A stretch of 64,000 nt of DNA, from contig OZ219815.1 in NCBI GenBank assembly GCA_964291235.2, forward strand, positions 864,001 to 928,000, read 5' to 3'. Source of the stretch: Vicinamibacteria bacterium. Lineage in GTDB: Bacteria; Acidobacteriota; Vicinamibacteria; Marinacidobacterales; Marinacidobacteraceae. Position 1 is the stretch's first letter. Every line of letters begins with the position of its first letter. The translations under genes and the position numbers were made by a program. Below are positions 30,901 to 37,991 of the stretch, one piece after another. The notes beneath the pieces are model-generated. The model did no database searches and was not told where the DNA came from. It saw only the letters and a list, made by a program, of their open reading frames with translations.

Positions 30901-31038
30901 GCGCCACTTGCGGTCGTCGTCCTCGGCGGCCTGACCACCTCGACCGTGCTCAACATGATCGTCGTTCCGGCCCTGTTCCTGCGATACGGGCGAATGACGG
31001 TCGGAACCCCGTCCGAGACGCCGCAGCTTCCGGGATAG
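27901..31038 (+). CDS. CusA/CzcA family heavy-metal RND efflux permease
   Basis: VDVFPDL, MTLGGMAIAIGALVDDA, VGFITLFGIAVRNG, RLSPILMTA. Confidence 0.96.
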   Translation: MGGSEQRGFLDHFVSASLKNPFLALILAMGLFVGGSWIAATFPVDVFPDLTAPTVTVLTDAQGLAPEDVEVAITFPIETALNGALGVRRVRSRSAHGISIVWADFEWGTDIFLARQIVSARLQAQALDLPEGVDPPVLAPVSSIMGEIMLVGLSAPEPRLMEVRTLADWVVRRRLLAVPGVSQVISQGGDVREYQVLIHPQRLLAYEVGLEDVLAATAGSSENVSGGLYWTSGREVLVRGIVRPGNAEDIARTVVTTREGIPVLIEDLADVQVGPKITYGTGSVNAEPAVILSIQKQAGANTLELTERVEAELDQIEAVLPEGITLEREIFRQADFISLAVDNVILALRDGALFVIATLLFFLWNVRTTLISVVAIPLSLALAIIVMRALGGTVNTMTLGGMAIAIGALVDDAIIFAENVHRRLRDNRRRPRGERSAPLSIISGAASEIRDPILNATLIITIVFVPLFFLTGVEGRMLKPLGEAYIISILSSLFIAVTVTPALCYLLLPNDRSIRRQREPWLVRGLEFLYRWVLDWALLRSGKMLLASALLLAGTLAVVPTLGREFLPEFQEGSLTIAIIGVPGTSLDESDETGRRVERRLLQVPGVVSTARRTGRAELDEEAQGANVSHVEAQLDLTGRELAAVMAEVREHLAGIPGTSITVGQPIGHRIDHMLSGTRAAIAISIFGPDLRELRNIAGQIEAIAHDVQGLVDVSAEQQAEVPQLQVRANRRAMARYGVTPGHLAQAVNVAIQGEAVSIVREGERTFDLLVRYADEYRTDPEAIGSALMATPAGPIVPLSQLASIVRAMGPNMITRENVQRKIVVSANVAERDVIGAVTELQDRVAAGLDLPPEYFLQYGGQFESGEAASRRITILSLFSVGAIFLIMFRAFGSFRTAMFLMVNLPLALTGGIAAVLLIGGTVNVATLVGFITLFGIAVRNGMLLVSRYQDLCAGGMPLPEAIRQGSVERLSPILMTALTAGLALIPLALGIGEPGKEIQAPLAVVVLGGLTTSTVLNMIVVPALFLRYGRMTVGTPSETPQLPG

Positions 31039-31089
31039 CCCCCCAGGAACGACTCCGGAGCGTTTGTCAGGTGGGCGCCTCCCCGCTCA

Positions 31090-31111
31090 CGGGGGTTTTG
31101 CCACAGGCTGC
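31090..31111. repeat. Solo MITE right end
   Basis: CGGGGGTTTTGCCACAGGCTGC is identical to 23362-23383. Confidence 0.8.
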
Positions 31112-32418
31112 TACGGGGTTCCAAGCTTGCGAAAGCGCTGGCGGTGGGTCCGGACGGTCATTGGCGTGCGGGCGCCGTCACGGAGCACGCCGAGCTCAAC
31201 CTCGTCCCCGGCGGAGACGTTCAGCCGCAGATAGACGAGACAGTCCGAGACCTCCGGGTCCGCCTCGACCCCGTCCACGGAGTAGATGACATCTCCGGCC
31301 CGGAGGTCGTGGAGCTTGAGCACCCCGGCGCGGGGGTTGACGCGGGTGACCTCACAGGCGAAGCCTTCGGGATCGAAGCCGAGGTCGCGCTTCCTCGCGT
31401 CGGCGAGCGGAGCGGTGGTCACGTGGGTCTGGGGATCGATCGACCAGAAACGGTGGGCGATGTCCGAAACCCACCACTGCGCCGGCAGTTCGATCGAGAG
31501 ATCAACCGGCCCGACCCCGGTTCGCTCGACGGTCAGGGAGAGGTGCGTGGCGGCCCGATCCAGACCGTCGTGGACGTAGAGCAGGTCGCCGAACGTCAGG
31601 ACCCGTTTCCCGGAGAAGTTCACGATGGCGTCGCCGGGGAGCAGTCCGGCGGCCATGGCCGCTCCCTCGGCGCGCTCGACCACGAGGCCCCGCGGCACCT
31701 CGAGGTGGATGCCGAGGTTCCGAATGTCGGGCGAGCGGAACATCTCTTGCCGCTTGTCCAGCGTTCCCTCCCGCTCCCTCGCGGCGGCCCGGTAGTCCCC
31801 GATCATGTGGCATTCGACGCAGCGCCCCCGCTGCAGTTGCTGCTCGCGCAAGCGCTGCAGGTCGCCGGGGAAGAAAGGCGGCGGCCGCCGAGGCGCCGGC
31901 AACTCCCCGGCGAGCCATCGCTCGTGCTCTCCGAGGCCCGCCCGGAGCGCGAGCGCGAAGCTGTCGAGATCCAGGTACGAGTCGGCCGAGACCGCGTCGC
32001 GTCCGCCGTAGCGCAGGTAGATCTGCTCGTCCGGACTGACGATGAAGAAGTAGATGGAGTGATGCCAATCGAAGTCGTAGAGGCCGACGTCGATGGGACG
32101 CATGTTCGTGATGCGGGCGCGGACGAAGCGTTCGAGCAGACGTCCCCTCTCGGAATCTCGCGGCGACAGCACAACCTGTGCGTCGAATCGTCGGCCGGTG
32201 ATTCAGGGCGAGCAGCGGAATTCGACCAGTAACGGCCGTCCCGTCTCTTTCGCCAGCGCCAGCGCCTGCTCGTAGTTGCTCAGCCATTCGAGAGTGTCGT
32301 CCTCGAGCGGCTGTCCCCCGGCCGCCGCCGAGTGTCCCGGACCGCTCAGCCCGACGAACAGGCCGGCAGCAGCGAGGAGCAGGGCGCCGGGGCCTCTGAC
32401 CGATGTGTGTTGTTGCAT
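31111..32418 (-). CDS. Secreted thioredoxin-like/PDZ selenoprotein (C69-S-P-U72) with CxxCH motif
   Basis: ORFs 32203-32445 and 31111-32172 are in one frame, separated only by TGA at 32203-32205. Read-through gives LLVEFRCSP-U-ITGRRFDAQVVLS. SECIS-like hairpin follows; CVECH and two PDZ-like repeats lie downstream. Confidence 0.88.
32164..32185 (-). promoter_or_regulatory. Bacterial SECIS element
   Basis: CGAC-GCACA-GGU-UGUGC-U-GUCG hairpin at +18 to +39 after the UGA, with a GGU apical loop and one bulged U. Confidence 0.78.
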
Positions 32419-32513
32419 GGCAGTCCTTCCAGGTGCGGCACCCATCCCTGGCGGCGCGCCACCGGAGGCACCCCGATCAGCAGAAACGGAAAGCAGTTTC
32501 TCGGTGCGGCGCC

Positions 32514-32542
32514 AGATTAGAGAGCGGGCGGTGCAGATGCAA
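32514..32542 (-). promoter_or_regulatory. Putative sigma70 promoter of the selenoprotein gene
   Basis: TTGCAT-17 bp-TAATCT on the minus strand, about 95 nt upstream of ATG 32418. Confidence 0.5.
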
Positions 32543-32575
32543 CCCGCGCTCGCGGCTGCCGTCCAGCTCCGCCGA

Positions 32576-33136
32576 CTAGTCCTCCGAACTCCCTACCACC
32601 GCAAGGGACCCGGGATCGACGGATGGTCCGTCGCCGCGCGTCACCGGGACGCGGAGGGCGTCCACCATCGCGCACAACCGGTCGGTACAGGCCTGCGCAT
32701 CCACCTGGACCCAGCTCCCGGGATCCGCGCGCACGACGCGGGCCGCGAAGAACGAACGGTCTTCGAAGCCCCAGGTGTACCAGCGGAGGTCGGGCTGAGA
32801 GAGTTCGGTCGGGCTCGTCTGGCGCCAGGGCTTCGCCAATTCGATCCCGGGTGAAGGGGTGATGCGCGTCGGCAACTCGGTGTCGGGGGTGGCCTTCCCG
32901 GTCACCTCTCTCGCGCGTTCCACATTGTCCATCGCGTAGGTGTGCCAGCCGGGCTCGTGCCAGACATCGACAATGAGCCAGTCGCCCTCGATCCGCGCCG
33001 CGTAGCTCGCCGCGAAGGTGTCGCCCAGCCAGACCTCCTGGCGTGCCGGTTCTCCGGTTTCCTGAGCGGCGGCGGTTGCTGCGATGCCGGCGAGCATCAG
33101 CACCGCCAACGCGTTTGCGGGGATCAGGTCTCTCAT
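32576..33136 (-). CDS. Secreted DsbD N-terminal-like domain protein
   Basis: Signal peptide, HEPGWHTYA motif, C-terminal QACTDRLC Cys pair as in the DsbD-alpha fold. Confidence 0.7.
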   Translation of the reverse strand: MRDLIPANALAVLMLAGIAATAAAQETGEPARQEVWLGDTFAASYAARIEGDWLIVDVWHEPGWHTYAMDNVERAREVTGKATPDTELPTRITPSPGIELAKPWRQTSPTELSQPDLRWYTWGFEDRSFFAARVVRADPGSWVQVDAQACTDRLCAMVDALRVPVTRGDGPSVDPGSLAVVGSSED

Positions 33137-33223
33137 TGAATCGTTCCTGGCTGGTGTGGTGTTCCGGAAGTAGTGCGGGGCACCCAGAGCGGCCCGGTTC
33201 GCCCGGCGGGGGCGGTGCGAATC

Positions 33224-33269
33224 GGGAGGAATACCAAGTGTATTCCGACGGATGCCGAACGCCGAGCGC
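33224..33269 (+). repeat. Second copy of the MITE internal core
   Basis: GGGAGGAATACC..GTGTATT.CGAC...AACGCCGAGCGC matches 23251-23296 with identical spacing. Confidence 0.65.
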
Positions 33270-33293
33270 AGCGGCTATTCTCCCGGAGAGCAC

Positions 33294-33313
33294 TTGACAA
33301 ATATTTTTGTCAA
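33294..33313. promoter_or_regulatory. Palindromic operator overlapping a -35 box
   Basis: TTGACAAA-TATT-TTTGTCAA perfect dyad, 18 nt before the regulator start codon. Confidence 0.75.
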
Positions 33314-33331
33314 TGCTTTGATCCGTAGCCC

Positions 33332-33934
33332 ATGCTCGACATCGCCGTCATCGAGGAACCGGTCGCCGCCGCGCTGACGCTGGACCCGAAGCGGGCCCGG
33401 CTGCTCGCGGAAATGGCGGAACCGGTGTCGGCCGCGACCCTGGCGGCCCGGGTCGGCCTCCCCCGCCAGAAGGTCAACTACCACGTGCGCACCCTCGAGA
33501 AACACGGGCTCGCGCGGGTCGTGGAAGAACGCCGTTGGGGCGGGCTGACCGAACGGCGGCTGGTGGCGACCGCCCGCTCCTACGTGGTGAGTCCGGCGGC
33601 CCTCGGCCCGCTGGCCAGCGACCCCGGACGGACGCGGGACCGGCTGTCCGCCGGCTACCTGATCGCCCTCGCCGCCCGCGTCGTGCGTGAGCTCAGTCAA
33701 TTCCTGCGGCGCGCCACCGAGACCGGCAAGCGGCTCGCCACCCTCTCGATCGATACCGAGGTCCGGTTCTCCTCCCCGGAGGCCCGGGCCCGGTTCAGCA
33801 GCGAACTCGTCGGCGCGATCACGGAACTCGTCCGGCGCTACCACGACGAATCCGTTCCCGGGGGGCGCAGCCACCGACTGGTGGTCGTCGCCTATCCGGC
33901 TCCGGCGGGCACTTCCGCCAAGGAAACATCATGA
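33332..33934 (+). CDS. ArsR-like winged HTH transcriptional regulator
   Basis: SAATLAARVGLPRQKVNYHVRTLEKHGL HTH. Translationally coupled to the SRPBCC gene. Confidence 0.9.
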   Translation: MLDIAVIEEPVAAALTLDPKRARLLAEMAEPVSAATLAARVGLPRQKVNYHVRTLEKHGLARVVEERRWGGLTERRLVATARSYVVSPAALGPLASDPGRTRDRLSAGYLIALAARVVRELSQFLRRATETGKRLATLSIDTEVRFSSPEARARFSSELVGAITELVRRYHDESVPGGRSHRLVVVAYPAPAGTSAKETS

Positions 33935-34731
33935 GCATCAAGCACGATCCATCCGGCCGCCGCTCGATCCAGGTCGAAGCCGAGGTCCCCGGCACGCCCG
34001 AGGAGGTGTGGGAGGCCATCGCCACCGGCCCCGGCATCGGTTCCTGGTTCTACCCGACCGACGTCGAGGAACGCGTCGGCGGCAGCCTCGCCTACCACAC
34101 CGGTTCCGAAATGGACCACATTCCGGCGAAGGTGACCGCCTGGGATCCGCCCCGGCGTTTCCGCCACGAGGGGAAGGACTGCGGAGCGGAGGGGCCGCCG
34201 ACCGCCACCGAGTGGACCATCGAGCCGCGCGCCGGGGGCCGCTGCCTCGTCCGCGTGGTGCACAGCCTGTTCGCGAGCACGGACGACTGGGACGACCAGC
34301 TCGAGAACTTCGAGAACGGATGGCCCCAGGCGCTCGCCATTCTGCGGCTCTACCTCACCCACTTCCGCGGTCAGCGCGCCACCATCGTCCGGGCCTACGG
34401 CGCCTTCGACGGTTCGGTGGAGGACTCCTGGAATGCCCTCCTCGCCACGCTCGATACCGGCGGGCTCGCACCTGGCGACCCCTGGGCGCTCCCCGATTCC
34501 GACGCCGGCAGCCTCGCGGGGGTTCTCGATGAACTCCGGCCCGAGGGCCTCCAGCCCTGCGTGCTGGTCCGCCTCGACCGGCCGGCGCCGGGCATCGCGG
34601 CGGCGTGCGCCTACAAGATCGCGGAGCGGGCGACCGTGGTCCTCAGCGTCTACTACTACGGCGACGAGGGGCCGGCGGCGGCCGGCGACGCCGCCGGATG
34701 GCAGGCCTGGATCGCGGCGCGCTTTCCGTAG
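33931..34731 (+). CDS. SRPBCC/AHSA1 domain protein
   Basis: PGTPEEVWEAIATGPGIGSWF, AWDPPRRF, GWPQAL. Confidence 0.88.
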   Translation: MSIKHDPSGRRSIQVEAEVPGTPEEVWEAIATGPGIGSWFYPTDVEERVGGSLAYHTGSEMDHIPAKVTAWDPPRRFRHEGKDCGAEGPPTATEWTIEPRAGGRCLVRVVHSLFASTDDWDDQLENFENGWPQALAILRLYLTHFRGQRATIVRAYGAFDGSVEDSWNALLATLDTGGLAPGDPWALPDSDAGSLAGVLDELRPEGLQPCVLVRLDRPAPGIAAACAYKIAERATVVLSVYYYGDEGPAAAGDAAGWQAWIAARFP

Positions 34732-34768
34732 GCGGGATTTCTCCTGCTCACGGCGCCGAAATCGACGC

Positions 34769-34874
34769 CGGATGGTTCCCCTCTCGGCGGGCACCCGACC
34801 AGCCGTGATGTTGCAGAGGCACGGGAACGCCGGCCTCCAGGCCGGCACAGCCCGCCGCAGGCGGGCGGCGGGAC
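34769..34874 (+). repeat. REP-like composite element
   Basis: GGATGGTTCCCCTCTCGGCG followed by a full GGGAACGCCGGCCTCCAGGCCGGCACAGCCCGCCGCAGGCGGGCGGCGGGA unit. Confidence 0.85.
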
Positions 34875-34913
34875 GGACCTTTGCGGCTACGGCGGCTTTA
34901 GGATTCAGCGGCC

Positions 34914-35579
34914 ATGAGAATCCGCGCCGGCCTCGTCCTCGCCACTGGCCTCCTCGCAACGTCCGCGGCAGCGCAGTCCGGCCTCAACCTCGAACGGCCC
35001 TCCCACTGGAACGCGCGCTACGACGACGGCACGACGGACACGGATCGCCGCTTCGTGGTGATGCGGCCCGGCTGGCACGTCTTCGCCGGCCCCGGCGGGC
35101 TCTTCTGGGACCCGGGCAGCTTTGCCTCGGGCGCCTACGGGGTCAGCAGCACCATCTTCCTGTTTCCGGAGGGCGACCCGGACCAGTCGGGCTCCATCCG
35201 CCTCGACAGCCCCTTCGGTCTCTTTCTTGCCGGCAGCGGCCTCGACGGTGACTCGGCCGGCTACGTCTCGTTCGAACTGCGGAACGATCGCCACTTCCGG
35301 ATCGCCAGGCACTCCGGAGGGAAGACCAGCGATCTCGTGCCCTGGACAGAGCACGACGCGGTCGCGGCGCTGGGCGCCGAGGCTGCGGGACCGGTCAAGA
35401 ACGTGCTCGCGGTGGACGTCCGCGGAGACCGCACGGTCTTCTATCTGAACGACGCCCAGATCGCGGAGCTGCCGGGGGACCAGGTTGCCCTCGACGGGGT
35501 GATCGGCGTCCGCGCGGGAGCGGGCCTCAGCATCCACGTGACCGAGGTGGATATCGGCCCGAACCGCCGCGCGGAATAG
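34914..35579 (+). CDS. Secreted hypothetical protein (concanavalin/DUF1080-like beta-sandwich)
   Basis: Signal peptide, beta-rich sequence, NVLAVDVRGDRTVFYLND. Confidence 0.7.
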   Translation: MRIRAGLVLATGLLATSAAAQSGLNLERPSHWNARYDDGTTDTDRRFVVMRPGWHVFAGPGGLFWDPGSFASGAYGVSSTIFLFPEGDPDQSGSIRLDSPFGLFLAGSGLDGDSAGYVSFELRNDRHFRIARHSGGKTSDLVPWTEHDAVAALGAEAAGPVKNVLAVDVRGDRTVFYLNDAQIAELPGDQVALDGVIGVRAGAGLSIHVTEVDIGPNRRAE

Positions 35580-35600
35580 CGCCGCCCGCCGGGATCTACC

Positions 35601-36782
35601 TTGAAAAAACGCACCTCGCCCGTGGAATTTCAAGGTAGGGGCCCGTCCCGGGTTCTGCCGGTGCTTCCCGGCGCGGCGGTCCTCGTGCTGCCCGGGTTGC
35701 TGCTGGCGCCATCCGGCGGGAGCGCCCAGGAGATGCAGGCGGTTCCGCTCGAGGCAACCGCCGAGACCAGTGCGAACGCGACCCTGGGGGATCTCGATGG
35801 GGACGGCGATCTCGACATCGTGCTCGCGAAGGGCCGGCACTGGCCGCTGAAGGACTGGGTGCTCCTGAACGACGGCTCGGGCGGTTTCGCCGAACGCCAC
35901 GAACTCCCGGGATCGGCGGACAACACCTACACCGCGGCGCTCGCCGATCTGGACGGGGACGGCGACCTCGACCTGGTGGTGGGCAACGACCGCCCCGACG
36001 ACAAGCGCGTCTATTTCGGGGACGGGGCGGGTTCCTTCGCGCTTGCCGGAACGTTCGGCGAGGCGTCGTGGCCCACGCGGAACGTCACCGTGGCCGACCT
36101 GAACGGCGACGACCGGCCCGAGATCGTCGTGGCCAACCGCGGCGGCGCCGAGAACCGCAGCGCCAACTACGTCTGTGTCAACGATGGATCCGGGGCGTTC
36201 CCCGACTGCCGGGTCCTGTCACGGAATTCGGCGACCTCCATCGGGGCGGCGGACCTCACCGGCGATGGGTTCCAGGACCTGTTCGTCCCGCACCGGGACG
36301 GCGGCCAGAGCTTTCTCTATGTGAATGACGGACACGGCGGCTTCTCCGAGACCCACGCGGTGGGCCCCGCCGAATCCGCCACCCGGGCGGTGACCTTCGG
36401 CGACCTGAACGGTGACGGGAGGCTCGACATCGTGCTGGGCGAGCAGCGCGGGGGCGGGGTGTGGCTCTACCGGGGCCGCGACGGCGTTACGTTCGAGGAA
36501 CGCCGGCAGATCGCGGACCCGTCCGACAACGCCTACTCGCTGGCGGTGGCCGACCTCGATGGCGACGGGGATCTGGATGTAGTGGTCGGCAACCGTGGAG
36601 CGCCCGGAGCGATTCTGGCGAACGACGGCTCCGGAACCTCCTTCACCCGGACCCCCTTCGGCGACGCCGAAGGCGCCATGTACGGGCTCGCGATCGGCGA
36701 CGTCAACGGCGACGGCGCGCTCGACATCGTCGCCGGGCGATCGGACGCGCCGAACACCCTCTATCTCGGCAGCAACCGTTAG
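35601..36782 (+). CDS. FG-GAP/VCBS repeat protein
   Basis: Seven DLDGDGDLD-type repeats. Start uncertain. Confidence 0.92.
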   Translation: MKKRTSPVEFQGRGPSRVLPVLPGAAVLVLPGLLLAPSGGSAQEMQAVPLEATAETSANATLGDLDGDGDLDIVLAKGRHWPLKDWVLLNDGSGGFAERHELPGSADNTYTAALADLDGDGDLDLVVGNDRPDDKRVYFGDGAGSFALAGTFGEASWPTRNVTVADLNGDDRPEIVVANRGGAENRSANYVCVNDGSGAFPDCRVLSRNSATSIGAADLTGDGFQDLFVPHRDGGQSFLYVNDGHGGFSETHAVGPAESATRAVTFGDLNGDGRLDIVLGEQRGGGVWLYRGRDGVTFEERRQIADPSDNAYSLAVADLDGDGDLDVVVGNRGAPGAILANDGSGTSFTRTPFGDAEGAMYGLAIGDVNGDGALDIVAGRSDAPNTLYLGSNR

Positions 36783-36814
36783 TCGAAGCCGCGCCGAGCG
36801 GCGGGGGAAATTCC

Positions 36815-37924
36815 CTAACCGGGAACTCCCGGAGCGACGAATCGTCGCTGCCCCATCGCCTTCAGGTGCCGATAGTGCGATCGGAGCGCCGAAGCGAACG
36901 TGGGAAAGGACATGTAGCGAACCGAAAAGTCCCGGCAGGTCTCCTCAACGACGCGGCGGATGCGCGGATAGTGGAGATGGCACACATTGGGGAACAGATG
37001 ATGTTCGATCTGGGAATTCAGACCGCCGAGGTACCAGGCAGCCAGTCTGCTCCGGGGCGCGAAGTTCGCCGTGGTCTCCACTTCGTGAATGGCCCACTCC
37101 TTTTCGATCGCGCCGGACTTGGGGTCCGGTATCGGAAAGGTCGTGCCCTCCACCGTGTGAGCCAGCGAAAACACCGCGGCCAGGGTCACGCCGGCGATCA
37201 GGTTGATGAACAAGAAGACCGCCAGCACCTGCCACCAGCCGTTGAAAAAGAGCGGGAGCACCAGGGCGTAGCCGAGATAGAACAGCTTGGTCCCCCAGAA
37301 GGTTGCTTGCTGCGACGCGCTTGGCTTTGGCAGTGAGTAGTTGCCGATGCGCCCGGAGATGATCCTCTTGAAATCGCTGTAGATCACCTGCAGGGTCAAC
37401 ATGCTGTACATCGGATAGGCATACAGGTGCTGAAACCGGTGCCACGGCCGCCATTCCTGCAACTGGCTCCACCGCATGATGGCGTTGGTCTGAATGTCCG
37501 TGTCCATTTCCTCGACATTCGTATAGGTGTGATGGAGGACATTGTGCTTGTGCTGCCAGATCATCTGGCTGGCTCCGATGAAACTCGCGGTGGAGCCCAT
37601 CAGCCAGTTGATCTTCTTGTTGTCGCAATAGCTCCCGTGTGCGCCTTCGTGCACCAGATTGAAGCCGACCAGAACCAGGGCCTGCGAGAGGGCAAACGCC
37701 GCGATGATCGTCGAGATCACCGACGTGGAAAAGAAAACCAGGAAGATGTACGAAACGACCAGCGCCGTCAGGATGATTGCCGTCTTGGGCAGCATCCGCC
37801 AGCCTCCCGTTTTTCGGGTCTTGAGGTCCGGGAATCGCTCATGCACGCGTTTTTTGAGCGTGGCGTAAAAGCCTATGTCGCTGTCGAAGACGATCTTCTT
37901 GTAGGTTGTTTCTGCAGTTGACAT
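36815..37924 (-). CDS. Fatty acid (acyl-CoA) desaturase
   Basis: His boxes HEGAH, HNVLHH, QIEHH. Confidence 0.93.
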   Translation of the reverse strand: MSTAETTYKKIVFDSDIGFYATLKKRVHERFPDLKTRKTGGWRMLPKTAIILTALVVSYIFLVFFSTSVISTIIAAFALSQALVLVGFNLVHEGAHGSYCDNKKINWLMGSTASFIGASQMIWQHKHNVLHHTYTNVEEMDTDIQTNAIMRWSQLQEWRPWHRFQHLYAYPMYSMLTLQVIYSDFKRIISGRIGNYSLPKPSASQQATFWGTKLFYLGYALVLPLFFNGWWQVLAVFLFINLIAGVTLAAVFSLAHTVEGTTFPIPDPKSGAIEKEWAIHEVETTANFAPRSRLAAWYLGGLNSQIEHHLFPNVCHLHYPRIRRVVEETCRDFSVRYMSFPTFASALRSHYRHLKAMGQRRFVAPGVPG

Positions 37925-37991
37925 GAATTGACTACTCTCGATCTTGAGGGTTGTGCTGATGCGCCGGCCGTACCGGCGTCACTGGAACCGG

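Noticed and set aside
32419-32513. Structured 5' leader of the selenoprotein gene as a riboswitch
   Set aside because: Short stems (AGAAAC/GTTTCT, GCACC/GGTGC) exist, but I recognise no riboswitch consensus.
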